Shown: positions 30,017 to 41,088, counted from the stretch's first letter. The stretch: DNA of 58,810 bases from Bacteroidales bacterium (GCA_041592395.1 JBFHQD010000001.1:1-58810); one strand, 5' to 3'. Notes: generated by a model from the sequence alone, not told the origin. A program made the numbers and translations.

Positions 30017-31366
30017 ATGTCAGAAATAATTAAAATTAAGAAGGGTTTGCAGATAAAACTTCAGGGAGAGGCCGATAGAACGGTTAGCGATCTAAGCTCC
30101 ACGAAGTATGCATTAAAACCTACCGATTTTATTGGCGTATTTCCAAAATTGAACGTGAAAGAAGGTGATACAGTAAAAGCGGGTAGTCCGGTATTTTTTG
30201 ATAAATATCGCGATAATATTCAGTTTCCATCACCTGTAAGCGGAACAATAACAGAAATTAAAAGAGGAGCCAAGCGTGTTTTATTAGAAATACGAATAGA
30301 AGCTGATGGCTCCAATGAATTCGTCGATTTTGGAGCTGCTAATCCATTAGATTTAAAGCGGGAAGCAATTACGGAGAAATTATTGCAAAGCGGGCTGTGG
30401 TCTTTAATAAGACAGCGTCCTTATTCGGTAATAGCTAACCCGGATGAAAGTCCAAAAGCCATCTTTATTTCGGGTTTCGACAATGCCCCTTTAGCTGTTG
30501 ATTACGACTTTGTTTTGCATAACAAAGGCGAAATTTTTCAAACAGGTTTGGATGCATTGGCCAAATTAACCAACGGTAAAGTGCATTTGAACTTGCATGC
30601 AGAAGACACCCAAACCAAGGTGTTATTAAAAGCAAAAAACGTCGAAATTAACTTGTTTAACGGTAAACATCCGGCAAGTTTAGTTGGAACGCAAATTGCA
30701 GCTATCGATCCTATAAATAAAGGGGAAATAGTTTGGACTGTCAATGTTCAAGATGTTTTAACCATAGGGAAATTATTTTTGGAAGGAAAATACGATGCCG
30801 ATAAGCTGTTTGCTGTTGCAGGTTCTGAAGTGTTAAAACCACATTATATCCGAGCAAAAAGAGGTGTTTGTATTCACGATATTGCTACCGGTAATGTAAC
30901 CGAAGGAAATAACCGTTTTATCAGTGGAAATCCATTAACCGGAACACAGATTGATAGCAATGGTTATATTGGTTTTTACGATAACCAGATCAGTGTTATT
31001 CCGGAAGGCGATCATTCTCAATTTATTGGTTGGATAACACCAAACTTGGATAAGTTTAGTTTTTACCGCTCGCTCTTTTCTTGGTTTACGCCTAAAAAAG
31101 CCTATCGTTTAGATACCAATTTAAATGGTGGAGTACGCGCTTTTGTTATGACCGGTCAATTCGAAAAAGTATTTCCTTTCGATATTTACCCAATGCAGTT
31201 GATTAAAGCCATTATGAGCAAAAATATCGATGCGATGGAAAATTTGGGTATTTATGAAATTGATGCTGAAGATTTTGCTCTTATCGAATTTATTAGTACT
31301 TCGAAAATTGAAATTCAATCTGTAGTCGCTGATGGACTTGAGTTTTTAAGAAAAGAAATGAGTTAA
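30017..31366 (+). CDS. nqrA: Na+-translocating NADH:quinone reductase subunit A
   Basis: IKKGL, SPVSG, RGAKR, RQRPY; first gene of a six-gene operon. Confidence 0.97.
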   Translation: MSEIIKIKKGLQIKLQGEADRTVSDLSSTKYALKPTDFIGVFPKLNVKEGDTVKAGSPVFFDKYRDNIQFPSPVSGTITEIKRGAKRVLLEIRIEADGSNEFVDFGAANPLDLKREAITEKLLQSGLWSLIRQRPYSVIANPDESPKAIFISGFDNAPLAVDYDFVLHNKGEIFQTGLDALAKLTNGKVHLNLHAEDTQTKVLLKAKNVEINLFNGKHPASLVGTQIAAIDPINKGEIVWTVNVQDVLTIGKLFLEGKYDADKLFAVAGSEVLKPHYIRAKRGVCIHDIATGNVTEGNNRFISGNPLTGTQIDSNGYIGFYDNQISVIPEGDHSQFIGWITPNLDKFSFYRSLFSWFTPKKAYRLDTNLNGGVRAFVMTGQFEKVFPFDIYPMQLIKAIMSKNIDAMENLGIYEIDAEDFALIEFISTSKIEIQSVVADGLEFLRKEMS

Positions 31367-31386
31367 TCGAAAAAATCGAACGTTAA

Positions 31387-32544
31387 ATGAAAGCTTTACG
31401 AAATTATATAGATAAAATTAAGCCAAATGTTGAGGAAGGAGGGAAGTTTCATTATATGCTTTCTACTTTTGAAGCATTTGAAACTTTCTTGTTTGTTCCA
31501 AAAACAGTTACAAAAAAAGGAAGTCATATTCGCGATGCCATCGATTTAAAGCGTACCATGTTTATGGTAGTTGTTGCTTTAATTCCTGCTTTGCTTTTCG
31601 GAATGTGGAATGTTGGTTATCAGCACAACCTTTCCATAGGTGCTGAAGGTACTTTAATTAGTAATTTCTTCTATGGATTTTGGTTGGTAATTCCACTTAT
31701 TATTGTATCCTATGTGGTAGGTTTAGGAACGGAATTTATTTTTGCACAAATACGCGGTCACGAAGTGAACGAAGGTTATTTGGTTTCCGGATTCTTGATT
31801 CCCTTAATTGTGCCTGTTACTACGCCTTTATGGATGGTTGCTTTAGCTACAGTATTTGCGGTTATTATCGGAAAAGAAGTTTTTGGTGGTACGGGAATGA
31901 ATATTATGAATCCGGCATTAATTGCACGTGCATTCCTTTTCTTTGCTTACCCTTCAAATATGTCGGGCGACAAAGTTTGGATTGCTGAAAAAGCCGATGC
32001 ATTCTCCGGTGCTACTCCATTAGGTCAGTTAATGACAGCTACAGACAAAGTTCATTTGCCTTCTGTTTCTGATGCCTTTTTTGGTTTTATTCCGGGTTCG
32101 GTTGGCGAAACATCTACTTTCGCTATTTTAATAGGTGCCATAATTTTATTGTGGACAGGAATTGCCAGTTGGCGAGTTATGTTTAGTGTTTTTGTTGGTG
32201 GCTTTGCTATGGGCTGGCTTTTTAATGCAGTTGGTGGAAACGCTTATATGCTTGATGTTCCAGCGTATTATCATTTGATTTTAGGTGGATTTGCATTTGG
32301 TGCTGTGTTTATGGCTACCGATCCTGTTACGGCTGCCCAAACAAATACCGGAAAATATATTTATGGTTTACTCATTGGTATTATGGCAGTGCTCATACGC
32401 GTATTGAATCCGGCTTATCCGGAAGGAATGATGCTTGCGATTTTACTTTTAAATGTATTTGCTCCACTTATCGATCATTATGTTGTTCAGGCAAATATCA
32501 AACGTAGAGTAAAACGGGCTAAACTAATTTCTGTTAACCATTAA
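31387..32544 (+). CDS. nqrB: Na+-NQR subunit B
   Basis: HIRDAIDLKR, FGGTGMN, FMN site SGATPL, MATDPVT. Confidence 0.97.
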   Translation: MKALRNYIDKIKPNVEEGGKFHYMLSTFEAFETFLFVPKTVTKKGSHIRDAIDLKRTMFMVVVALIPALLFGMWNVGYQHNLSIGAEGTLISNFFYGFWLVIPLIIVSYVVGLGTEFIFAQIRGHEVNEGYLVSGFLIPLIVPVTTPLWMVALATVFAVIIGKEVFGGTGMNIMNPALIARAFLFFAYPSNMSGDKVWIAEKADAFSGATPLGQLMTATDKVHLPSVSDAFFGFIPGSVGETSTFAILIGAIILLWTGIASWRVMFSVFVGGFAMGWLFNAVGGNAYMLDVPAYYHLILGGFAFGAVFMATDPVTAAQTNTGKYIYGLLIGIMAVLIRVLNPAYPEGMMLAILLLNVFAPLIDHYVVQANIKRRVKRAKLISVNH

Positions 32545-32555
32545 AATCAAGAAAA

Positions 32556-33302
32556 ATGAATACAAATAGTAATACTTATATTTTTATTTATGCTTCTGTA
32601 ATGGTTATTATAGTAGCCGCTGTTTTATCGACTACTGCTACCTTATTAAAAGGAAAGCAATTACAGAATGTGAAAAATGAAAAAATGCAAGCGATACTTG
32701 CATCTGCTGATATAGAATCTACTCCAGAAAACGCAGAGACCACCTATAATAAATTCATTACTCAAGAATGGGTAATCAATCAAAAAGGCGAAATTGTTGA
32801 TTTATACAAAAATGGCGCTTTTGAAAAAGGTAATCTTCGTGCTTTTGATCTGAATATGAAAACGGAACTTTACAAAAAAAGTAAAGGCGAAGCTTTTTTA
32901 TCTCCTTTATTTGTTTGTACTGTGAATGGAGAAACCTTTTACGTTATCCCATTATTAGGAAAAGGTTTGTGGGGCCCTGTTTGGGGAAATATGGCACTCC
33001 TTTCCGATTTTAAAACGGTGAAAGGTGTTGTTTTCGATCATAAAGGAGAAACTCCGGGTTTAGGTGCTGAAATTGTCTTTCCCTCATTTACCAAGCCCTT
33101 TATAGGCAAAACCATTTTTGATGATCAGGGCAACTTTACTTCTATAATGGTAGTAAAAGGTGGAATAGCCAAATTAGCTGAAGATCAGCAAATCCATGGG
33201 GTCGATGCTATCTCGGGCGGTACGATTACATCCAATGGTGTTAATGATATGCTGTTCGATTGTTTAGAAAATTATGTTCCATATATTAAAAGCATAAAAT
33301 AA
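32556..33302 (+). CDS. nqrC: Na+-NQR subunit C
   Basis: GKGLWG, GETPGLG, FMN site [10 protein letters not shown]. Confidence 0.97.
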   Translation: MNTNSNTYIFIYASVMVIIVAAVLSTTATLLKGKQLQNVKNEKMQAILASADIESTPENAETTYNKFITQEWVINQKGEIVDLYKNGAFEKGNLRAFDLNMKTELYKKSKGEAFLSPLFVCTVNGETFYVIPLLGKGLWGPVWGNMALLSDFKTVKGVVFDHKGETPGLGAEIVFPSFTKPFIGKTIFDDQGNFTSIMVVKGGIAKLAEDQQIHGVDAISGGTITSNGVNDMLFDCLENYVPYIKSIK

Positions 33303-33955
33303 TGAGTGAGCAAGTACAAAAAGAATCGATGTTTTCTACTAAAAACATCAAATTACTAACCGATCCAATTGGGAAAGATAACCCAATTACCGTACAGGTT
33401 TTGGGTATTTGTTCTGCGCTTGCTGTTACAGCCAAGCTCGAACCTGCCATTGTTATGTCTATCTCTGTAATGTTTGTGCTCGGTATGGGTAATGTTATCA
33501 TTTCTTTATTAAGAAATAGTATCCCTCAACGTATCCGAATCATCGTTCAATTGGTCGTTATTGCAGCTTTGGTAATTATTGTCGATCAAATATTAAAAGC
33601 CTATGCTTATGAAGTAAGTAAACAGCTTTCGGTGTTTGTAGGATTGATTATCACCAACTGTATTATTATGGGTCGTTTCGAAGCTTTTTCGATGGCAAAT
33701 AAACCTTGGCCTTCATTTTTAGATGGTATTGGAAACTCCATTGGATATGGTTTGATATTGGTCATTGTAGCCTTTTTTCGTGAGCTTTTTGGTTCAGGAA
33801 CCATTTTAGGTTGGGAAGTATTTAAATCTATCGGACTTTATGAAATTGGTTATGTAAATAATGGATTTATGATTTTGCCTCCAATGGCACTTATCGTTGT
33901 TGGTATTATCATTTGGGTTCAACGCAGTAAGAATCCTGATCTTATTAAAGACTAA
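33302..33955 (+). CDS. nqrD: Na+-NQR subunit D
   Basis: [21 protein letters not shown]. Confidence 0.97.
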   Translation: MSEQVQKESMFSTKNIKLLTDPIGKDNPITVQVLGICSALAVTAKLEPAIVMSISVMFVLGMGNVIISLLRNSIPQRIRIIVQLVVIAALVIIVDQILKAYAYEVSKQLSVFVGLIITNCIIMGRFEAFSMANKPWPSFLDGIGNSIGYGLILVIVAFFRELFGSGTILGWEVFKSIGLYEIGYVNNGFMILPPMALIVVGIIIWVQRSKNPDLIKD

Positions 33956-33979
33956 GGTTTACAAAAAAAATTAGAAACG

Positions 33980-34597
33980 ATGCAAGAAATATTTAACATA
34001 TTTATAAAATCCATATTTATCGACAATATGGTCTTTGCCTATTTCTTAGGCATGTGTTCTTATATCGCAGTGTCTAAAACGGTAAATACTTCCGTTGGTT
34101 TAGGAGCTGCAGTAATCTTTGTTTTGGGAATCACCGTTCCGGTAGACTATTTAATGAATGAATACTTATTAAAACCAGGGGCTTTAGTTTGGTTGGGCGA
34201 AGAATTTGCCGATGTTGATTTGAGCTTTTTAAGTTTCATTATGTTTATTGCAGTAATTGCTTCAATGGTTCAATTGGTGGAAATGGTTGTTGAAAAGTTC
34301 TCCCCTGCGTTATATTCTTCTTTAGGAATCTTTTTACCCTTAATTGCGGTAAACTGTGCGATACTAGGAGGTTCTTTATTTATGCAAGAACGTGAATATC
34401 AATCGTTAGGAGAAGCTACTTCCTTTGCCTTAGGTTCTGGTATTGGTTGGTTTTTGGCTATTGTAGGTATTGCCGCTATTCGCGAAAAGATACATTATTC
34501 AAATGTACCTGCTCCATTAAAAGGAATTGGAATTACATTTATTATTACAGGCTTAATGGGAATCGCTTTTATGAGCTTCCTAGGCATTAAGTTATAA
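33980..34597 (+). CDS. nqrE: Na+-NQR subunit E
   Basis: LGMCSYIAVS, PLIAVNCAILG. Confidence 0.97.
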   Translation: MQEIFNIFIKSIFIDNMVFAYFLGMCSYIAVSKTVNTSVGLGAAVIFVLGITVPVDYLMNEYLLKPGALVWLGEEFADVDLSFLSFIMFIAVIASMVQLVEMVVEKFSPALYSSLGIFLPLIAVNCAILGGSLFMQEREYQSLGEATSFALGSGIGWFLAIVGIAAIREKIHYSNVPAPLKGIGITFIITGLMGIAFMSFLGIKL

Positions 34598-34621
34598 GTT
34601 GAACTTTAAAAAAACAAAACG

Positions 34622-35878
34622 ATGTTATTAAATATTGGAATCGGAACTATCGTTATTTCAAGTATAATTGTCTTCTTAGCTGTGATTTTAATCCTTGTGA
34701 TGGTATTGCTCTTTGCTAAGAAAAAGCTTACTCCGCAAGGCGATGTTAAAATCACTTTAAATGGAGAAAGAGAGATAATTACTTCACCTGGATCAACGGT
34801 GTTGGCTACGCTGGCTTCTCAAAAAATCTTTTTGCCTTCTGCCTGCGGTGGTGGAGGAACTTGCGGTATGTGTACTTGCCAAGTAAATAGTGGTGGAGGA
34901 ACAATTTTACCTACCGAAGTGGGCTTTTTCTCGCGAAAAGAACAAATGGCCAACTGGCGTTTAGGTTGTCAAGTAAAAGTTAGGGAAGATATGGAAATTG
35001 AAATCCCAGCTGAAATCTTTGGTATTAAGAAATGGGAATGTACGGTTATCTCAAATGATAATGTGGCTACATTTATTAAAGAGTTTGTTGTTCAGCTTCC
35101 TGAAGGAGAAAATATGGAATTCAGATCGGGTGGATATATTCAAATCGATGTACCTGCTACCACCGTCAATTTCAAAGATATGGATATTGGAGAAGAGTAC
35201 CGTGGCGATTGGGATAAATTTAAAATGTGGGATTTACAAATGAAGAATCCTGAGCCTATTTATCGCGCTTATTCTATGGCCAATCATCCTGCAGAAGGAA
35301 ATATTGTAATGCTGAATATCAGGATCGCTACCCCTCCATTTGATAGTAAAGCCGGTGGCTTTATGAATGTGAACCCGGGTATTTGCTCCTCTTATATATT
35401 CTCTCGCAAGCCGGGCGATAAAGTGATGGTATCAGGCCCTTATGGCGAATTCTTTATCAAACCTACCAAACGCGAAATGATGTTTATTGGCGGTGGTGCC
35501 GGAATGGCTCCAATGCGCTCTCATATCTACGATCAATTTTTGACGCAGAAAACCGATCGTAAAGCGACTTTCTGGTATGGTGGCCGCTCTTTACGCGAAT
35601 TGTTCTATGTCGAAGAATTTGAAGCTATTGAACGCGATAATCCTAATTTTAAATTCCATATCGCATTGTCTGAACCTCAACCGGAAGATAATTGGAAGGG
35701 ATATGTCGGATTTATTCATCAGGTGATTATGGATGAGTATTTGAAAAATCATCCGGAGCCGGAAGAAATAGAATTTTACCTTTGCGGTCCACCAATGATG
35801 AATCAGGCGGTTTTAAAAATGCTTGATGATTATGGAGTGCCCCAAGAAATGATAGCCTTCGACGATTTCGGAGGATAA
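34622..35878 (+). CDS. nqrF: Na+-NQR subunit F
   Basis: [2Fe-2S] CGGGGTCGMC, RAYSMAN, GGGAGMAP, CGPP, DDFGG C-terminus. Confidence 0.98.
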   Translation: MLLNIGIGTIVISSIIVFLAVILILVMVLLFAKKKLTPQGDVKITLNGEREIITSPGSTVLATLASQKIFLPSACGGGGTCGMCTCQVNSGGGTILPTEVGFFSRKEQMANWRLGCQVKVREDMEIEIPAEIFGIKKWECTVISNDNVATFIKEFVVQLPEGENMEFRSGGYIQIDVPATTVNFKDMDIGEEYRGDWDKFKMWDLQMKNPEPIYRAYSMANHPAEGNIVMLNIRIATPPFDSKAGGFMNVNPGICSSYIFSRKPGDKVMVSGPYGEFFIKPTKREMMFIGGGAGMAPMRSHIYDQFLTQKTDRKATFWYGGRSLRELFYVEEFEAIERDNPNFKFHIALSEPQPEDNWKGYVGFIHQVIMDEYLKNHPEPEEIEFYLCGPPMMNQAVLKMLDDYGVPQEMIAFDDFGG

Positions 35879-35880
35879 AG

Positions 35881-35921
35881 AAAAAAATAGCTGCTCTTAT
35901 AATGATAGCAGCTATTTTTTT
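35881..35921 (+). terminator. Intrinsic terminator after nqrF, abutting a -7 promoter element
   Basis: AAAAAAATAGCTGCT-loop-AGCAGCTATTTTTTT, then TAGCTTTG at 35921-35928. Confidence 0.8.
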
Positions 35922-35962
35922 AGCTTTGCTAAAACAAATAACTTACATTTAATTTATTCCTA

Positions 35963-36550
35963 ATGAAAAAAAGTAATTTCTTAATACTACTCTTTCTCTT
36001 CGGTATTTCTCTATCTTCTTTTGGACAGTATAATGCTAACGAGACAGCGCAAAATTATGCAATTGAAAACGATAATAATTTATCCATAATGATTTCTGAT
36101 GTTTTGGTTCGTAGAGTCTCTTTGGAATACGAACATGTGCTCGGCGATGGAAAAATGTCTTTCAATGTTCCTTTATCTATTACGCTTTCGCCTTATGGTG
36201 ATTTATGGTCAGATGAAGTGCATTGGTGGCTGGGTATGGGTATAAAATTTTATCCTACCGGACAAGGTATACTTCGTTATTTTATAGGTGCAGAGTTTAG
36301 ACTTCTTTCGGTTGGTGAAGAAACCTATTATTGGGAAGGAGAATATCCAAATGAAAGCTATTATTCTCGTTTTGAAAACTACTTGAATACAGCCTTTTTA
36401 ATTAATAATGGCCTCATCTATTCGCCAACTGGTAACTTTTTTGTAAGTGCAAATATTGGCTTTGGCTTTCTATCGCGAAGTGCCGATTCAACTTATGAGC
36501 AATTGGTACCTTATGCTACTCCAAGTTTTAGGTTAGGTTTTAAATTTTAG
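35963..36550 (+). CDS. Hypothetical outer-membrane beta-barrel protein (DUF3575-like)
   Basis: Signal peptide SFG|Q, amphipathic strands (SLEYE, IKFYP), C-terminal GFKF. Confidence 0.7.
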   Translation: MKKSNFLILLFLFGISLSSFGQYNANETAQNYAIENDNNLSIMISDVLVRRVSLEYEHVLGDGKMSFNVPLSITLSPYGDLWSDEVHWWLGMGIKFYPTGQGILRYFIGAEFRLLSVGEETYYWEGEYPNESYYSRFENYLNTAFLINNGLIYSPTGNFFVSANIGFGFLSRSADSTYEQLVPYATPSFRLGFKF

Positions 36551-36551
36551 C

Positions 36552-37565
36552 ATGATTAAATTGCGTTTTAAGAATCTCTTTGTTTTAGGTGTCGCGCTTT
36601 TCTTTGCTGCATGTTCGCATAAACCCGAACGCATGCAATTATTAGGCGAAGCACAAGGAACCTATTATTCAATCATTTATTTTGATGATTTAAATCGGAA
36701 TCTAAAAGTAGAAGTGGATTCAATATTAGATGCTTTTGATCAGTCCGTGTCGATTTATCAACCTCAAAGCATTGTGAGCAAAGCAAATAGAAACGAAGAT
36801 GTAGAGCTCGATACTTGGTTTGTGACCAATTTTAATGAAGCCATACGAATAGCAAAACTTACGGATGGCGCCATGGATATAACCATTGGCCCTTTAGCAA
36901 ATGCATGGGGATTTGGAAATTATGCTCATCCTGATAAAATTGACCCCATTTTAATTGATAGTTTAAGGAAACTGGTCGATTATCGTGCGGTGCAAATCGT
37001 AAACAATCATTTGATTAAAAAAGATCCACGTATGCTCCTTAATTTCAATGCCATTGCTCAAGGAAATTCGGTGGATGTTTTGGGAGCCTATTTTTCATCT
37101 TTAGGTATTGATAATTATTTAATTGATGTTGGCGGCGAATTGCTGGCCAAAGGGGAGAAGCCAAACAATGAAAAGTGGAAAGTGGGCATTGAAAAGCCGA
37201 GCGAGAATTCGGATGATGAACGCGAACTGGAACATACATTTGCTTTAAAGGATTGTGCATTAGCTACTTCCGGAAATTACCGGAAATACTATGAAATAGA
37301 TGGCGTTCGGTATGCGCACAGTCTCGACCCAAAAACAGGTTATCCGGTGCAGCATTCTTTGTTAAGTGCTTCGGTTTTAGCTAAAACATGCACCGAAGCG
37401 GATGCTTTTGCTACGGCTTTTATGGTTATGGGACTCGATAAAGCTTTGGCTTTTATTGATCAATATCCAGAGATACAAGCCTATTTTATTTATCACGATA
37501 AGGATAATGGATTTCAAACAAAAATGAGTGATGGCTTTTTAGAGGCTTTAGAATCGACCCAATAA
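36552..37565 (+). CDS. apbE: FAD:protein FMN transferase
   Basis: Lipobox AAC, DITIGPL, NAIAQG, GGE, ATSGNYR, DPKTG, ADAFAT. Confidence 0.95.
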   Translation: MIKLRFKNLFVLGVALFFAACSHKPERMQLLGEAQGTYYSIIYFDDLNRNLKVEVDSILDAFDQSVSIYQPQSIVSKANRNEDVELDTWFVTNFNEAIRIAKLTDGAMDITIGPLANAWGFGNYAHPDKIDPILIDSLRKLVDYRAVQIVNNHLIKKDPRMLLNFNAIAQGNSVDVLGAYFSSLGIDNYLIDVGGELLAKGEKPNNEKWKVGIEKPSENSDDERELEHTFALKDCALATSGNYRKYYEIDGVRYAHSLDPKTGYPVQHSLLSASVLAKTCTEADAFATAFMVMGLDKALAFIDQYPEIQAYFIYHDKDNGFQTKMSDGFLEALESTQ

Positions 37566-37572
37566 ACCTTTA

Positions 37573-38439
37573 TTATTCGTTTGAAATTTGCTTTAGTGCT
37601 CGCTTTAAGCTGTCTTTCCAATAAGGAACGACAAGGTTAAAGCTTAATTTTATTTTTCTTTTATTGAGTACACTATAACTGGGTCGTGGAGCAGGGAGTG
37701 GATATTCAAAACTCTCTATCGGAACAATAGAACATTTTAACTTGGCTTGTTCCATAATTTCTTTTGCAAAATCGTACCAACTGATTACGCCTTCATTGGA
37801 GTAATGGTAAATTTCAGTAGCCTTTGTTTCTGTGTTTGATTCGATTATGGTCAATAGCGCATTTGCCAAATCACCGGCATAAGTAGGAGTGCCAATTTGA
37901 TCGAAAATCACGCGCAATTCTGGACGCTCAGCACCAAGTTTCAGCATGGTTTTTAAAAAATTGTTGCCAAATTCTGAGTATAACCACGAAGTTCTTATTA
38001 TCGTAGCCGTATTCGAATTGTCGAGAATAGCTTGTTCACCGGCTAATTTTGATTGCCCATAAACAGACGGCGGATGGGTTTCCATTGATTCCAAGTACGG
38101 AATATGACTTTTACCGTCGAAAACATAATCTGTTGAAATATGAAAGAAACGACAGCCCTGCTTTTGGCATGCTTTAGCTAGGTTTTCAGGTCCTGTTTTA
38201 TTAATTAAATAGGCCAGGTTTTTTTCTTCTTCTGCTTTATCAACAGCCGTATAGGCTGCGCAATTGATAAGATAGTCGAAATGATTTTGTTCTAAATAAG
38301 CATTTACGGCATCGGCTTGCGTAATGTCAAAATCAGCAATATCTGTAAATACAAGACGACTATTCGGGAAATTTTTACCGGCCGCCTTAAGGGCATTCCC
38401 CAACTGTCCATCTCCTCCGGTTATTAATATTTTAAGCAT
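37573..38439 (-). CDS. rfbD: dTDP-4-dehydrorhamnose reductase
   Basis: GGDGQLG, AAYTAVDKAE, STDYVFDG, YGQSK, DQIGTPT. Confidence 0.95.
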   Translation of the reverse strand: MLKILITGGDGQLGNALKAAGKNFPNSRLVFTDIADFDITQADAVNAYLEQNHFDYLINCAAYTAVDKAEEEKNLAYLINKTGPENLAKACQKQGCRFFHISTDYVFDGKSHIPYLESMETHPPSVYGQSKLAGEQAILDNSNTATIIRTSWLYSEFGNNFLKTMLKLGAERPELRVIFDQIGTPTYAGDLANALLTIIESNTETKATEIYHYSNEGVISWYDFAKEIMEQAKLKCSIVPIESFEYPLPAPRPSYSVLNKRKIKLSFNLVVPYWKDSLKRALKQISNE

Positions 38440-38455
38440 CTATTTTTGTTATGAT

Positions 38456-38486
38456 AAAACAAAAAGGGCAGGAAGTACCTGCCCTT
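38456..38486 (-). terminator. Terminator-like hairpin between uxs and rfbD
   Basis: Minus strand AAGGGCAGG-TACTT-CCTGCCCTTTTTGTTTT. Confidence 0.7.
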
Positions 38487-38503
38487 AAATTATAGGTATC
38501 CTT

Positions 38504-39445
38504 TTAAACTACCACGCGTTTAAAATACGCGATTGTTTTCTTTAAACCTTCTTCCAATTCAATAGTGGGTTGCCAGTTTAATTCTTTTTTTGCCAAACTA
38601 ATATCGGGTTGTCGTTGCAAGGGATCGTCAGAGGGCAAATCTTCGTAAATAATCTTCGATTTAGTACCTGTAAGTTTAATTACTTTTTCTGCGAGCTCGC
38701 CAATGGTAAATTCATTTGGATTTCCAATATTAACCGGTCCCGTAAAGTCATTTCTTGTATTCATCATACGAATCATTCCTTCAACCAAATCGTCAACATA
38801 TTGAAAACTACGTGTTTGAGAGCCATCGCCATAAATGGTTATGTCTTTTCCTTGTAAAGCTTGCACAATAAAATTGGAAACTACTCTGCCATCGTGCGGA
38901 TGCATCCGAGGACCATAAGTATTAAAAATACGAATGACTTTGATGTTGACATTGTTTTGCCAATGGTAGTTAAAAAACAGGGTTTCAGCCACTCTTTTTC
39001 CTTCATCATAACAAGAACGTTTTCCAATAGGATTTACGTGTCCCCAGTAATCTTCGCGTTGTGGATGCACTTTTGGATCGCCATACACTTCGCTGGTAGA
39101 GGCTTGCAAAATTTTAGCTCCAATTCGCTTTGCGAGGCCGAGCATATTGATTGCTCCACTAACCGAGGTTTTAACTGTTTTGATGGGATTGTGCTGATAA
39201 TGAATGGGTGATGCCGGACAAGCCAGATTAAAAATTTCATCGACTTCTATAAAAAAAGGCATCGTAATATCGTGACGAATGTATTCGAAATAGGGATTGC
39301 CCATTAGATGAACAATATTTTCCTTTTGCCCCGTAAAATAGTTATCTACACATATTACTTCATTGCCTTCTTTTAATAAACGATCTATGAGATGAGATCC
39401 TACAAAACCGGCACCTCCGGTAACTAAAACTTTTTTTCTAATCAT
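38504..39445 (-). CDS. uxs: UDP-glucuronate decarboxylase (UDP-xylose synthase)
   Basis: [42 protein letters not shown]. Confidence 0.92.
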   Translation of the reverse strand: MIRKKVLVTGGAGFVGSHLIDRLLKEGNEVICVDNYFTGQKENIVHLMGNPYFEYIRHDITMPFFIEVDEIFNLACPASPIHYQHNPIKTVKTSVSGAINMLGLAKRIGAKILQASTSEVYGDPKVHPQREDYWGHVNPIGKRSCYDEGKRVAETLFFNYHWQNNVNIKVIRIFNTYGPRMHPHDGRVVSNFIVQALQGKDITIYGDGSQTRSFQYVDDLVEGMIRMMNTRNDFTGPVNIGNPNEFTIGELAEKVIKLTGTKSKIIYEDLPSDDPLQRQPDISLAKKELNWQPTIELEEGLKKTIAYFKRVVV

Positions 39446-39454
39446 AATGAAAGT

Positions 39455-40780
39455 TTATTTTGTGGTATCTAATCCAATGCAGTAATAAGCGAAGTTTTGT
39501 TCTTTCAATTCTTTTGCATCGTAGATATTTCTACCATCAACAATTAAATTGTTTTTCATTAATTGACTAACATGATAGGTATCAAGAAATTTAAACTCAG
39601 GCCACTCTGTAACAACGATTAATCCATCGGCATCCATAACGGCTTCGTATTTATTGGCAGCATATTTAATTTTATCGCCTAAAATATGTTTTGCTTCTTT
39701 CATTGCAACCGGGTCGTAAGCGGTAACTGTAGCTCCGGCTTCGTAGAGTTTTCTGATAATAACCAAAGATGGAGCTTCACGCATATCGTCGGTTTGGGGT
39801 TTAAAAGAAAGTCCCCACATCGCAAAATGTTTGCCTTTTAAATCGTAGTTGAAATGCTTGTTAAGTTTGTCGACAAGAATAGACTTTTGATTTTCATTCA
39901 CTTCTTCCACCGCTTTTAAAACGCGCATATTATACGAAAATTCATCTGCTGTTTTAATTAAGGCTTTTACATCTTTAGGGAAACAAGAACCTCCGTATCC
40001 TGTTCCTGGATAGATAAATTTGGTTCCTATTCTGGAATCGCTTCCAATTCCTTTTCTTACTGCATTAACATCGGCACCAACTATTTCGCAAAGGTTGGCG
40101 ATATCATTCATAAAACTAATTTTGGTTGCCAACATGGAGTTTGCCGCATATTTGGTCATCTCCGCAGAAGTAATGTCCATTATAATTACAGGATGACCAT
40201 TCATGGTAAAGGGTTTATACAAGCGCTGGATGGTTGTTTTTGCCCTTTCAGAATCGCAACCCACAACGATGCGGTCGGGCTTTAAAAAGTCGTTTACAGC
40301 ATCGCCTTCTTTCAAGAATTCAGGATTTGAAGCGACATCAAAATTAACCATTACTCCACGCTTATCTAATTCTTCTTGCAAAGCAGTTCTTACTTTTTCC
40401 GCTGTACCAACAGGTACCGTACTTTTTGTAACCATCAAAACATAGTCGTTAATGTTTTGACCCACTTCGCGTGCAACTTGCAAGACATATTTTAGGTCAG
40501 CACTTCCATCTTCATCAGGGGGAGTTCCTACTGCACCAAAAACAACTTCAGTGCCTTCTAAGCTGTCTGCTAAACTCGTACTAAAATGTAAACGTCCATT
40601 ATCAACATTTCGTTTTACCATTTTGTCTAATCCGGGTTCCCAGATAGGTAAAATTCCTTTTTTAAGGTTTTCAATTTTTTTAACATCAATATCAACGCAA
40701 GTAACGTTAATTCCAACTTCTGAGAAACAAGCTCCGGTTACTAATCCAACATAACCGGTACCAACAATCGTAATTTTCAT
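39455..40780 (-). CDS. ugd: UDP-glucose 6-dehydrogenase
   Basis: GTGYVG, KSTVPVG, NPEFLKEG, GGSCFPKD. Confidence 0.95.
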   Translation of the reverse strand: MKITIVGTGYVGLVTGACFSEVGINVTCVDIDVKKIENLKKGILPIWEPGLDKMVKRNVDNGRLHFSTSLADSLEGTEVVFGAVGTPPDEDGSADLKYVLQVAREVGQNINDYVLMVTKSTVPVGTAEKVRTALQEELDKRGVMVNFDVASNPEFLKEGDAVNDFLKPDRIVVGCDSERAKTTIQRLYKPFTMNGHPVIIMDITSAEMTKYAANSMLATKISFMNDIANLCEIVGADVNAVRKGIGSDSRIGTKFIYPGTGYGGSCFPKDVKALIKTADEFSYNMRVLKAVEEVNENQKSILVDKLNKHFNYDLKGKHFAMWGLSFKPQTDDMREAPSLVIIRKLYEAGATVTAYDPVAMKEAKHILGDKIKYAANKYEAVMDADGLIVVTEWPEFKFLDTYHVSQLMKNNLIVDGRNIYDAKELKEQNFAYYCIGLDTTK

Positions 40781-40984
40781 AGATATATATTTTATGGGTA
40801 AATGTAAAAAAAAAATAGCTTGAGGCGGTGTACTTTTTCTAAAAATGTAAAAAACCTCAATATTTCGTTTTTCAAGCCAATTTATCGACTATTTTCAGTT
40901 AAAATTTAAAAAATTTTAATATTTTATCTAAAAAAATACAAAAAAATGTATAAAATAACTTGCTAATAATCAGGATTTAAGTAA

Positions 40985-41002
40985 ATGAAATTGCAATTTC
41001 AT
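40985..41002. promoter_or_regulatory. Perfect 18-bp palindrome, candidate operator
   Basis: ATGAAATTGCAATTTCAT in the divergent ugd/fadD intergenic region. Confidence 0.5.
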
Positions 41003-41088
41003 GTTTGTATGTGATGTAAGCACAGTATGTTAAGTTATTGTTATATGATATACTTTATTACATTTGTGGCTTACTAAAATTGTAAAAA

